Part shown: piece by piece, positions 55,515 to 64,000 of the stretch
Position numbering within the stretch: the first letter of the stretch is position 1
Layout of the letters: the number at the start of each line of letters is the position of its first letter
Sequence record: OY720021
Length of the DNA stretch: 64,000 bases
Origin: Escherichia phage vB_Eco_Solly
Direction: 5' to 3' (one strand)
Program-made: the position numbers and the translations under genes
The notes under the pieces: generated by a model
Told to the model about the DNA's origin: nothing
Database searches by the model: none
Seen by the model: the letters and a program-made list of their open reading frames with translations, nothing else

Positions 55515-55789
55515 TCGAAATAATCTTCAATTTCATAATCATGGACGTAAATCATTATAGTTTTTAATACATCATCAATACTTTTTCCTGGAGCTGGAAT
55601 TACGTAGAAATATCCTGCTTTTGAGAGGTCTTTATAAGTTCCAATCAAGAAATCATTATTCTCAAGATGTAGTTCTTCAACTAATTCATTAACAATTGAA
55701 TGGTATAGGTTTGGTAGAAACTTATATAGCTTTTCTAGAATATCAATTTTGATTGTGTATTGAACCACGGATTGAGAATCAATAATCAT
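55511..55789 (-). CDS. arn: Arn-like acidic protein (candidate anti-restriction DNA mimic)
   Basis: 92 aa acidic protein adjacent to asiA. Confidence 0.6.
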   Translation of the reverse strand: MIIDSQSVVQYTIKIDILEKLYKFLPNLYHSIVNELVEELHLENNDFLIGTYKDLSKAGYFYVIPAPGKSIDDVLKTIMIYVHDYEIEDYFE

Positions 55790-55872
55790 AGACCTTCCCC
55801 TTATGTTTCTGTTTGCGATTAGATTCTTTAAACGCTTTCTTCTTATCCTTATGAACAGAAGCTTTATTAAAA

Positions 55873-56091
55873 TTATGTTTTGCGACTAAATTGTTCATAG
55901 TGCTGAATTACCTCTCTTAAACATTTGCATGTGAATGAAAACTTTTTAGCTACACCACATTCAAATATATGTTCTCTTAAATCACGTGTATCGGTATATC
56001 CCATCTCAACGATAAAATGCCGTATTAGATTTTTATCTTTATCATTGAGAGAATTAAAATAATCGGATTTTGAATTAATTTCCCTGGCCAA
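55873..56091 (-). CDS. Hypothetical protein
   Basis: 72 aa ORF. Confidence 0.45.
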   Translation of the reverse strand: MAREINSKSDYFNSLNDKDKNLIRHFIVEMGYTDTRDLREHIFECGVAKKFSFTCKCLREVIQHYEQFSRKT

Positions 56092-56371
56092 ATTGAATCA
56101 CCTTCAGTTGACGTTTTAATTCTTTTATCATCTCTTCGTTCATCGCAATATAAAGATCGCGTAAAGCAGGTTTTAGCATGTCATTTATTATAGAACTAAA
56201 TGGACATACATAATCTTTTCCTACGAGCTTTTTGGTGAATTCCATATCACAGAACTTAAATCCCGGCTCATTGGTATAAATTCCCCAATTAGTTGACATC
56301 ATTTTATTGGCATGTTCTAGTGCCTGGATTTGATTCATAATTCCATCAATTTGAAACTTTTTAATATTCAT
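56075..56371 (-). CDS. Hypothetical protein
   Basis: 98 aa ORF. Confidence 0.45.
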   Translation of the reverse strand: MNIKKFQIDGIMNQIQALEHANKMMSTNWGIYTNEPGFKFCDMEFTKKLVGKDYVCPFSSIINDMLKPALRDLYIAMNEEMIKELKRQLKVIQFGQGN

Positions 56372-56832
56372 TAGTAAAGGTCCTCAGAGTAAAGTTCTTT
56401 TTCACTACCACCACGTTCAATACGTACTTGTCCAGCGTAAGTTGCAATAATCATTGCTTCTTCACGTGTCCAATAATTACTATATTGGTCAATAAACCCT
56501 TGGTCATCATTACAAACTTGTTGAGTAACTAATTGAGGTTTAACTACATCTAAAACTTCTGCCATATCTTTAGAATAATGACGAGCACCTGGAATAATAA
56601 GAGTTCGTCCATCTTTTAATTTAAAACGGTTGGCTGCACAAACAATTCGTCGTTGATACTTTTGGTTTTCATCCCAATACGCAGTCTGCCAACAGATTTC
56701 AGGAACTTCTTTCAGAATATCTTCTTCTGTGCATTTATAACCATGCGCTTTAAATTTTTCAACAAGACTTTCTGGAGTCTCACGAGATAAAGGAACATTC
56801 AGCATTTTTAAACGATTAATAAATGGGTTCAT
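56371..56832 (-). CDS. Hypothetical protein
   Basis: 153 aa ORF. Confidence 0.5.
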   Translation of the reverse strand: MNPFINRLKMLNVPLSRETPESLVEKFKAHGYKCTEEDILKEVPEICWQTAYWDENQKYQRRIVCAANRFKLKDGRTLIIPGARHYSKDMAEVLDVVKPQLVTQQVCNDDQGFIDQYSNYWTREEAMIIATYAGQVRIERGGSEKELYSEDLY

Positions 56833-57158
56833 TTAAACCATCCTTTAATACGCTGCCACAAAGTTTTCTGCTGAGCTTTGTTAACACCAATTGAGCGAAT
56901 AACCGGTTGAGATTCCTGGAATTCTTTATAATCATCAAGGTAAATTTCGTAAGCTGCATCTGTAAATGAACTTATTGCTGCCATAAAATTATTGCGAATA
57001 CCTACTGGAGCATCTTTACTTTCACGAATAATCATGTATTTACCAGTCTTAATCTTTACGATAGTTCCAAGATAAGCTCCATGGTACCAGATGTCCCAAC
57101 CCTCTTGAGTAGGTTCTGCGCAACGACGAAGTTCATTAACAATTTCTAACTTGTTCAT
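56829..57158 (-). CDS. Hypothetical protein
   Basis: 109 aa ORF. Confidence 0.5.
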   Translation of the reverse strand: MNKLEIVNELRRCAEPTQEGWDIWYHGAYLGTIVKIKTGKYMIIRESKDAPVGIRNNFMAAISSFTDAAYEIYLDDYKEFQESQPVIRSIGVNKAQQKTLWQRIKGWFK

Positions 57159-57168
57159 TATTTATTCC

Positions 57169-57804
57169 TCACAGTTCAGATGCTACAGTGATTACAGCTT
57201 CAATGTTTTCTGCCGAGCGTTTAATGTCAAGATACACATTACCGTTTTTAGCGATTTTACATGACATTCCGATGTCAGTAAATTTCTGAATATGATGTTC
57301 CATCATTTTGTATCCAAAAATTCGCATATTTCCGTTGTTGTTAATTTCAAAATTACGAATTCCGTGAGTGCGTTTTTCTAAAATAGCGAGATAGTTACTG
57401 CGATAAGTTTCAACCTTTTTAAGAACAAATCCATTTTCATCTAAAAGTTTTAACATGAGGTCTTTATCTTCTTCCATATCTGAAGTAATCTCGCGAGCTT
57501 TACGAGTTGCTCGTTTTTTCAGTAGTTCCGGAGCATTTTCCTGTGCATATAAAGTTGCTGCATTTGAAATAATATCCTGAGCTTCACCTGTAATGATTAA
57601 TCCATCACCAGATTTCTCCACTAGGCCTTTTTTAATCAATACCCCAATATTACTATTAACTACTGCGTTACCTAAATCTGGATGTACCTCACGAACTTCT
57701 GCAGCTGTAATGAAATCTTTCTTAGCAATAGTAATTAAAATCGCAGCAGTTTTTTCATTCAGAACATCGTTAGAAGCTTTGATGATGTAAGTTACTTTAG
57801 ACAT
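57169..57804 (-). CDS. motA: Middle-transcription activator MotA
   Basis: 211 aa; preceded by early promoter cassette 57846..57908. Confidence 0.85.
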   Translation of the reverse strand: MSKVTYIIKASNDVLNEKTAAILITIAKKDFITAAEVREVHPDLGNAVVNSNIGVLIKKGLVEKSGDGLIITGEAQDIISNAATLYAQENAPELLKKRATRKAREITSDMEEDKDLMLKLLDENGFVLKKVETYRSNYLAILEKRTHGIRNFEINNNGNMRIFGYKMMEHHIQKFTDIGMSCKIAKNGNVYLDIKRSAENIEAVITVASEL

Positions 57805-57845
57805 TTTCTAATCTCCGTAATTCTGTATCAGTAGTTGATAGTTGT

Positions 57846-57908
57846 ATAGTACCACAGTATGCTTTGGTTGTAAACCGTTTTGTGAAAAAATTTTTGAAAT
57901 AAAAAAAA
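57846..57908 (-). promoter_or_regulatory. Early promoter with A/T-rich UP element upstream of motA
   Basis: About 66 bp identical to 40517..40582. Confidence 0.6.
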
Positions 57909-57933
57909 GGGAGAGCCTCGGCTCTCCCTAAAA

Positions 57934-58083
57934 TTACTGCATGACTGTGATAACTGTCATGATAACACGTTGAATTCCGAACGCAAGAAGACCTCCTGCT
58001 ACGGCAGGAACAACACCTAACCCCGCCAGTAAAATGCCACCGGATACTAATGCGGCGCTTGTAATACCAATGAATGGACTCAT
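57934..58083 (-). CDS. Small hydrophobic membrane protein (49 aa), below ORF-track threshold
   Basis: Manual translation MSPFIGITSAALVSGGILLAGLGVVPAVAGG...; ATG overlaps gene 52 stop. Confidence 0.35.
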   Translation of the reverse strand: MSPFIGITSAALVSGGILLAGLGVVPAVAGGLLAFGIQRVIMTVITVMQ

Positions 58084-59408
58084 TTGATTTCCTCTAAATC
58101 TTTAGTGTATTCGGTAACTACATCAGTAGTTTTCCAATATTCGTTTTCTTCTTTTTTGGCTTTAGCTTCTTCAGCAAGTTTCTTTGCTTCGTCGGAAGTC
58201 ATATGAAAAATGTTCATTCCAACTAGTTTATCAACATAAGAAGAATACATATCAATTTTAGAAAGTTCTTCTGTCAGCTCTTTACGAGTTTTACCTTGTA
58301 CAACAATTTCACCTGAAATTACTTTCTTAATGAAATGTGCCTTGGCAAAAGCTAAACGAAATGCTGATTCAGTTTCTTTGATTTTGTTATCAATTCGTTT
58401 TTGGACATAAGTTTTACGAACTTCAACGAAGTCTTTGATTAAATCAACTACGTTATCGTAAACTTGCAGCTTTCCTTTCTCATTAATGACGGTAATATTC
58501 TGGGAACGACGCTCAATCAAGCCGAAGTCTTTCATAATTTTTGCATGGCGTTCTTCTTCGTTATCACTCAAAGAGTATTCTTTACGGAATTTAACTTTGA
58601 AGCCAAAACCATGCTCACCGCAAGCATCATCCCACGTAATGAAGCCTTTATCTTCAAGCGGGTCTAAGATTTTACTCACATAAGTTTCACGATCATACTT
58701 ATACGGAATCTCAGTGATATTCATTTGAGTTCGTGAAGTAAACTTGTACGTTCCACGAATTTCATATTGACCGTCAATTTCAACGACTTCACCACGAAAT
58801 TCTGGGAATTCTACCTTCGGTTTAGTTACTTTCTTTCCTTGAAGAGCTTGCAGTACAGCTTTCTTGACAGAAGAAACGCTATGAGGAAGAATGTAAGTTG
58901 CATAACCAGTTGCAATACCGGAAACACCATTAAGAAGAACAGTAGGAATAATAGGCAAATAGAAAGCAGGCGGAATGTGTTCTTTATCTTGATGTACCGG
59001 AGCATATTCAGTATCTTTATATACATTATAGAAATTTTTACTTACACGAGCAAAAATATAACGACTTGCCGCTGCTTTTTGAACGGTACGAGAACCAAAG
59101 TTTCCTTGACCATCTAACAAAGGAAAGTTATTATTCCAAGTGTTAGCCATCAAAGCACCTGCGTCTTGTGCAGAGTTTTCACCATGATGATATCCAAGGT
59201 CTGCTACACCACCTGCAATAGAAGCGAGTTTGTGAAACTTATCTTTATTTCCTCGTGCCAAATCAAGAGCTCGAGCAATAACAAATCGTTGAACTGGCTT
59301 AAATCCATCAATCATATTTGGGATAGCACGATTTTCAACCGTGTACATAGCATAAGCCAATGCTTCATTATCAATGATACTTTTTAAATCGCGATTATTC
59401 AGTTGCAT
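58080..59408 (-). CDS. 52: DNA topoisomerase II medium subunit gp52
   Basis: 442 aa, the T4 gp52 length; position between motA and ac. Confidence 0.85.
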   Translation of the reverse strand: MQLNNRDLKSIIDNEALAYAMYTVENRAIPNMIDGFKPVQRFVIARALDLARGNKDKFHKLASIAGGVADLGYHHGENSAQDAGALMANTWNNNFPLLDGQGNFGSRTVQKAAASRYIFARVSKNFYNVYKDTEYAPVHQDKEHIPPAFYLPIIPTVLLNGVSGIATGYATYILPHSVSSVKKAVLQALQGKKVTKPKVEFPEFRGEVVEIDGQYEIRGTYKFTSRTQMNITEIPYKYDRETYVSKILDPLEDKGFITWDDACGEHGFGFKVKFRKEYSLSDNEEERHAKIMKDFGLIERRSQNITVINEKGKLQVYDNVVDLIKDFVEVRKTYVQKRIDNKIKETESAFRLAFAKAHFIKKVISGEIVVQGKTRKELTEELSKIDMYSSYVDKLVGMNIFHMTSDEAKKLAEEAKAKKEENEYWKTTDVVTEYTKDLEEIK

Positions 59409-59545
59409 AAATTTACCATACTAGTGAATGTAGTGCCATAATAACATCAGAAATGAAAAGCACGACTTGAATTAATCCGAACATTACTCCATAATATAGT
59501 GCTACCAATAAAGTAGCAAGGGCTAATGAATAGCCCAAGATTTTC

Positions 59546-59704
59546 TTAATCATTAGTAGATAACAACACAAATGTTAAATATGCACACATACCCTGGGCT
59601 AAAGCTTGTGAAAACACACTGCTAGCATCGATACAGATAGTTAAAACACATGCTACTATCCAACAAACAAATGAAATAACTCCTAATAATTTTGCGATAT
59701 TCAT
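59546..59704 (-). CDS. ac: Ac-like small membrane protein (acridine sensitivity)
   Basis: Manual translation, 52 aa hydrophobic MNIAKLLGVISFVCWIVACVLTICID... Confidence 0.6.
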   Translation of the reverse strand: MNIAKLLGVISFVCWIVACVLTICIDASSVFSQALAQGMCAYLTFVLLSTND

Positions 59705-59711
59705 ATTTTCC

Positions 59712-59792
59712 TCACTGGCGTCCGAAGACGCCTTTGGTTTTAAGATTGTTACGATAGAACTGCATCACATGTTCGTTATGGAAATTACTCAT
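59712..59792 (-). CDS. stp: Stp peptide (26 aa)
   Basis: Manual translation gives [26 protein letters not shown], the T4 Stp peptide as recalled. Confidence 0.8.
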
Positions 59793-59958
59793 ACACACCA
59801 CACATTTTGCATAAACGTTCAAAACAGATAAATCCGCCACCTACACACATCACGACAGCCACATTATCATTAAGAGGTAGACCTAAAGCCGTAAAGATTC
59901 CAGTCAATGTGAATAAGGCTAAAACTAATAGGTAACCCATTACAAATAGAGCTTTCAT
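59785..59958 (-). CDS. Small hydrophobic membrane protein (57 aa), below ORF-track threshold
   Basis: Manual translation [22 protein letters not shown]...; ATG overlaps ndd stop. Confidence 0.35.
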
Positions 59959-60416
59959 TAGTATGCCTGCAAAACAAATTTAAAGTTATCAGCTAACATA
60001 CGGTTCATTTCTTCAAGTGTTTGATACTCAGAATGATGATTACGAGTAAACGCTAAAGCTAACTGTCCTTTTCCAAATCCCGTCGTCAGAGGTTTCATCT
60101 TAGAAGCAGGCAGATAAAATACTGTGTATACCATATTGTTATTTGCAATAGTACGTGCAAGCTGAGACCGACGTTGACGAATATGACTTAGAACTGCACT
60201 GAATCCTTGCTTAGAACGCTGATTACCTACATAAAATCGTGCAGACACACATGGATTACTAAATGGACGACCATCTAATTTACTTACTAAAAAGTAAAAT
60301 CCAGGTTTAGATAAAATATCTTTATGCGGAGTTCCCAAAAACCACTCACCACCCTTGATTGTACCAATAACAGTTGCGCCTGCATTATTCAGATCAGTAA
60401 CAGTCATATATTTCAT
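59958..60416 (-). CDS. ndd: Nucleoid disruption protein Ndd
   Basis: 152 aa from ATG 60416 (MKYMTVTDL...) with SD GAGGAAA; track start is an upstream extension. Confidence 0.8.
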
Positions 60417-60476
60417 ATTAATTTCCTCTAAATTATTTTCTACTCCAAGGCCGCATGAATACACGCGGCCATTAAA

Positions 60477-60692
60477 TTAATCGTCGCAGTCGACGCTCAA
60501 TTCCCAAAACTCTTCTACGGTATAAGTTTCAGTATCATTTTCAATACAAAAACGTTCATTACTGTTATTTGCTAAAGTAGCATTAACTGTCGGTTTCTCG
60601 CTAGTGCTCTTAAGAGGTGAAATGCGAATTAACTGATCACCGTTATCTAAACAGAAAATTTCACCAACTTTTACATCTTTAAAACTTTTCAT
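60477..60692 (-). CDS. Hypothetical protein
   Basis: 71 aa ORF. Confidence 0.45.
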   Translation of the reverse strand: MKSFKDVKVGEIFCLDNGDQLIRISPLKSTSEKPTVNATLANNSNERFCIENDTETYTVEEFWELSVDCDD

Positions 60693-60807
60693 AATTCACC
60701 TCAAGGAGTATAAAATCCAAATGCAGTTGTTGACCATCCCATCCAATATGGAAAATTTGCACCAATGTAAAACATAAGAATATAAAACCAAATGTTTAGT
60801 AAATTCA

Positions 60808-61026
60808 TTATTTTACACCATTCCAAATTGTTTCAACTACAGATTTTAAGCCATTTTGATGAATGTCCATTCCGACTACCGCCATCAAATAGATTCCAAC
60901 TACAACTGAACCTAAGGCAAAAATCAGCATGAAAATGAATAAAGCCGGAAAAATATTATCGAAAAACCATTCAATAAATGTAAAAGCACTACGCTTACGT
61001 TTCATATTTTCCTCACATAAATCCAA
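60808..61026 (-). CDS. Small membrane protein
   Basis: 72 aa ORF with hydrophobic core FPALFIFMLIFALGSVVVGIYLMAVVG. Confidence 0.4.
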   Translation of the reverse strand: MDLCEENMKRKRSAFTFIEWFFDNIFPALFIFMLIFALGSVVVGIYLMAVVGMDIHQNGLKSVVETIWNGVK

Positions 61027-61126
61027 AATAAGCGTTTAACATATCAATCATTAAAACGATTGGGAATATACTCAAAACTATTAGTATTATAACTACATTC
61101 CATATAGCTTTAACAATCTTTTTCAT
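61013..61126 (-). CDS. Small membrane protein (37 aa from internal ATG)
   Basis: MKKIVKAIWNVVIILIVLSIFPIVLM...; strong SD GGAGGAA; early promoter 61155..61184. Confidence 0.4.
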   Translation of the reverse strand: MKKIVKAIWNVVIILIVLSIFPIVLMIDMLNAYFGFM

Positions 61127-61154
61127 TTTCTGTTCCTCCGTAGTTGATAGGGTA

Positions 61155-61184
61155 ATAGTACCACGGAAGAACAGTCCTGTAAAC
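61155..61184 (-). promoter_or_regulatory. Early promoter
   Basis: Minus strand GTTTAC, 18-nt spacer, TACTAT, then GGAGGAA SD. Confidence 0.55.
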
Positions 61185-61368
61185 AACTTTTTAAAAATAT
61201 TCGTAATAAATGTGAATACCAACTACTACCGCTGAAACCTGTGCAACCCACCACGCACAAGCAATAAGTACAGAATTCAAAATTTTCATAATAACCTCAT
61301 CACAAAAGTAAATGTTAAACAAATTACTGGAATACTAATTAACCAAACAAAACACCACCATAATGAAC

Positions 61369-61632
61369 TCATAGTTCAATCTCAATGATTTCAAGATTAT
61401 TTTCTTTAATAGCTTTCTTTAAATCATCGTAAATAAGAACTTCCCAAGAATTGTTTAAATCACCATTCAACAAACGCTCTTGTTGCAATTTATCAGTAAG
61501 ATACGGTTGATCTGATTCATATTTAGACAATCCCAATGAAATAAATGATGTTGCATCGTCAATTTCAGAATATTGTACATGAACAAATTCACCTGTGATT
61601 TTATGTTTAACATAAAAGAATTTAAATTTCAT
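61369..61632 (-). CDS. Hypothetical protein
   Basis: 87 aa; SD GGAGGAG; early promoter 61661..61690. Confidence 0.5.
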   Translation of the reverse strand: MKFKFFYVKHKITGEFVHVQYSEIDDATSFISLGLSKYESDQPYLTDKLQQERLLNGDLNNSWEVLIYDDLKKAIKENNLEIIEIEL

Positions 61633-61660
61633 TTTCCGCTCCTCCGTAGTTGATAGTTGT

Positions 61661-61690
61661 ATAGTACCACGGTCCTTGTGGTATGTAAAC
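61661..61690 (-). promoter_or_regulatory. Early promoter
   Basis: Minus strand GTTTAC, 18-nt spacer, TACTAT, then GGAGGAG SD. Confidence 0.55.
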
Positions 61691-61706
61691 TAGTTTATGA
61701 AAATTT

Positions 61707-62264
61707 TTAGATGGAAAGATACCAGCCGTTGTAGTTGCTTTTTCTTACAACCTTACGAAGGTCTTCTCTATCACCAATGAACTTCGGAGTGTACTGGATG
61801 ACACCTGGATGAATTTCTTTAGTGTTGAATATAATTATACAGTCCGCGACCTGGTGATTTAGAATGGGCCCTAGATTTATTCCAGAACCATATGGATACT
61901 CTCCGCTGCATCCCGTTGTTACCGAAATCCAACGCGAGTCAGTTTGATGTGTCTTAACTTCTACACGGAGCCCACAGTATTTTGGATGCGCCAAAACATC
62001 CCATGCATACGTGTACGGATCATCGACATCTTCTTGACCTTTGTTAACATATCCACTCAACCAATCTGCTACCACATACTCGGCATACACAGCAATACGG
62101 CATCTTTCGATAACTTCTGCCTTATCCTGATTTGGGTTTTGTTTTAAAGAGTATCTTGCAGTATCAGCAATTTTGACCTTCATTTCACTAGTCAAGTCAC
62201 TGTTCGATAGGGTAAATGTCGGAATCTGAAATAGTCTCTGTAGCCCCGGATTCGTTTTCTGCAT
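61707..62264 (-). CDS. denB: Endonuclease IV
   Basis: 185 aa, the T4 DenB length; position next to rIIB. Confidence 0.7.
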   Translation of the reverse strand: MQKTNPGLQRLFQIPTFTLSNSDLTSEMKVKIADTARYSLKQNPNQDKAEVIERCRIAVYAEYVVADWLSGYVNKGQEDVDDPYTYAWDVLAHPKYCGLRVEVKTHQTDSRWISVTTGCSGEYPYGSGINLGPILNHQVADCIIIFNTKEIHPGVIQYTPKFIGDREDLRKVVRKSNYNGWYLSI

Positions 62265-62526
62265 TTAAACTTTCCTTTTTACCGCTGAGATAAGCGTTAT
62301 ACACTTTAAGAGTACCGTAGTAAATTCGGTCATTTTCATCTAAAGACACACGGTCAAGTTCATCAAGTTCCTTTTTATCCATGACTATAACATCATTGCA
62401 ATAAAGAAACCCAAGTTTTTCGTGACCAAACTCAAATTTATTACAGTACACAATATTAGCGTGATGATTTCCGTGCAGTTTAATCTCTTTTATGTCGGAA
62501 TCACCGATATTCATACAATAAATCAT
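62197..62526 (-). CDS. Hypothetical protein (denB.1-like)
   Basis: 109 aa ORF overlapping denB 5' end. Confidence 0.45.
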   Translation of the reverse strand: MIYCMNIGDSDIKEIKLHGNHHANIVYCNKFEFGHEKLGFLYCNDVIVMDKKELDELDRVSLDENDRIYYGTLKVYNAYLSGKKESLNAENESGATETISDSDIYPIEQ

Positions 62527-62564
62527 AATTTTTCCTTAAAACAAAAGGGCCGAAGCCCTTTATT

Positions 62565-62759
62565 TTACTTGAATTGTGCAATTCTTTTCTCTAGACATTC
62601 AGCATAAGATTTCATTGAGATGAACTGTGAAAGCAGCAGTTCTTGCTCAACTGCACTAACCGTTAGAAACTTTGTGCTTTCTAAAAATTTGCTCAGTGCA
62701 TTAATTTTGAGCATTAATTGATCGTATTCTTCTTTTACTCGTGCTTGATAACCTAACAT
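62565..62759 (-). CDS. Hypothetical small protein
   Basis: 64 aa ORF flanked by GC hairpins. Confidence 0.45.
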   Translation of the reverse strand: MLGYQARVKEEYDQLMLKINALSKFLESTKFLTVSAVEQELLLSQFISMKSYAECLEKRIAQFK

Positions 62760-62787
62760 AATTTTCCTTAGTTAAGGGCCGAAGCCC

Positions 62788-63726
62788 TTATTTAAATTGC
62801 TCAGTAACGTCTTCAACTACTTCGTATTGGCAAGTACGCATTTTAGCATCGTTGTAATCAATCGGAATTGATACTACATCACGCGGATGTACTTTAACTT
62901 TTACAACTCGGCTAGTTGAACTACCAAAGTGACGAATATAAGATTTAGAACACACATGCAGACCACGAGAACAAGTTTGTGTATCATCGTCGTTCACACG
63001 AGTACGTGGCATTTTAACTACTTTACCAGGACTGTTATCAAAGGTATTTGAGTGACAATCAAAGTAATTGCTACGAACTACTTTCCAAGCATAGAAGTAA
63101 CCATCTTCTGTAATTTCAATATCGTTTGCTACCAAGAAATCAAAGAGTCGAGATACCGCTTTTTGGCTTGGGTTTTCCAGCAGATTTTCCAAGAACGGAA
63201 AATAAAATTCAAAGTTTTCACCTTTTTCCATCGAATCGAGAATACGATCAACTAAACCAGACCGTAATTCGATATTTTGATAGAACAAGCTTCCGCCTTC
63301 AATTCGAACATCGCCGGAAATATATTTTTCAACAGCGCGACGAACATTAATTTTTTGTGCAGCTTCTTCCAGCTTATCCGCTACAAGCAGATTAAGAATT
63401 TCCTGGAAGTTTGAATGAGTATTAGGTGTTGCGTTATAAGTTACACCGTCGACAGTAATTGAAATGAATTTTTTAGATGCATTCCAAATAATGTCAGATT
63501 TAGCAACTGGAGCAATAACTGCATCGCTATTAACTTTAACTGTAATATCACCGCTAATAGTAACTTTAGAGCGTTTAGCTTCTTCAGCATTTTTCAAAAC
63601 ACGACGGATTGTGTCAACCGATACATCCTTCCAATAAGCCAATTCCTGTTGGGTGTAATTACCGCTTGAATACAGTTTAACAATTTCAGCTTGTTCGTTT
63701 TTGGTCAGGCATTTAATATTGTACAT
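62788..63726 (-). CDS. rIIB: rIIB protein
   Basis: 312 aa, the T4 rIIB length; adjacent to rIIA. Confidence 0.85.
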   Translation of the reverse strand: MYNIKCLTKNEQAEIVKLYSSGNYTQQELAYWKDVSVDTIRRVLKNAEEAKRSKVTISGDITVKVNSDAVIAPVAKSDIIWNASKKFISITVDGVTYNATPNTHSNFQEILNLLVADKLEEAAQKINVRRAVEKYISGDVRIEGGSLFYQNIELRSGLVDRILDSMEKGENFEFYFPFLENLLENPSQKAVSRLFDFLVANDIEITEDGYFYAWKVVRSNYFDCHSNTFDNSPGKVVKMPRTRVNDDDTQTCSRGLHVCSKSYIRHFGSSTSRVVKVKVHPRDVVSIPIDYNDAKMRTCQYEVVEDVTEQFK

Positions 63727-63737
63727 AATTTTCCTTA

Positions 63738-64000
63738 TTAGGCCGCAAGGGCCTTCATAGTTTTAGCGATTTGGGAAACTTCATCATCACTTAAAGAGTT
63801 GCGATAACCGATGAAGTCGGAAACAATACGGAATTTCTTGGTAAACTCAGCAACCATTTTATCACTGTTTTTTGAAGCATTATTTGATAATACATCAAAA
63901 AGATTAGTTACTGTCCAGATGTCATGACCAATGGTATCTTTTCCACCATTAAAATATACACCGCGCAATGAACTAACTATATTAGCGAGTCGTGTATATT
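63738..64000 (-). CDS. rIIA: rIIA protein, C-terminal part (5' end outside window)
   Basis: ORF open to window edge on minus strand, ends 11 bp upstream of rIIB start. Confidence 0.7.
   Translation of the reverse strand, partial: YTRLANIVSSLRGVYFNGGKDTIGHDIWTVTNLFDVLSNNASKNSDKMVAEFTKKFRIVSDFIGYRNSLSDDEVSQIAKTMKALAA

Overview
The window is one contiguous ~64 kb stretch of a T4-like (T-even) myovirus genome, read from the 3' end of major capsid gene 23 to the 3' end of rIIA. Gene order on this reading: 23, 24, rnlB, hoc, inh, uvsW, uvsY, baseplate and tape-measure genes 25-26-51-27-28-29-48-54, two tandem alt-like ADP-ribosyltransferase genes, DNA ligase 30, a block of small early ORFs, rIII, 31, cd, pseT, a spanin pair, alc, rnlA, denA, nrdB, nrdA, td, frd, 32, 59, 33, dsbA, rnh, long tail fibre genes 34-35-36-37-38, holin t, asiA, arn, motA, 52, ac, stp, ndd, denB, rIIB, rIIA. 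Calls rest on motifs visible in the translations plus synteny and protein lengths recalled for T4; no database search was run. It is not T4 itself: Hoc carries an extra Ig-like domain from a tandem duplication, gp37 and gp38 are T2-type, td and nrdB are uninterrupted, and none of the T4 homing endonuclease genes is present. The points most worth a second look are the two tandem alt paralogs, an extra ORF wedged between frd and td, a uvsW reading frame broken in a homopolymer-rich stretch, a NADAR/YbiA-like protein in the 30.x block, and near-identical early-promoter cassettes repeated at distant loci. No tRNA, CRISPR array, integrase or transposase was seen.
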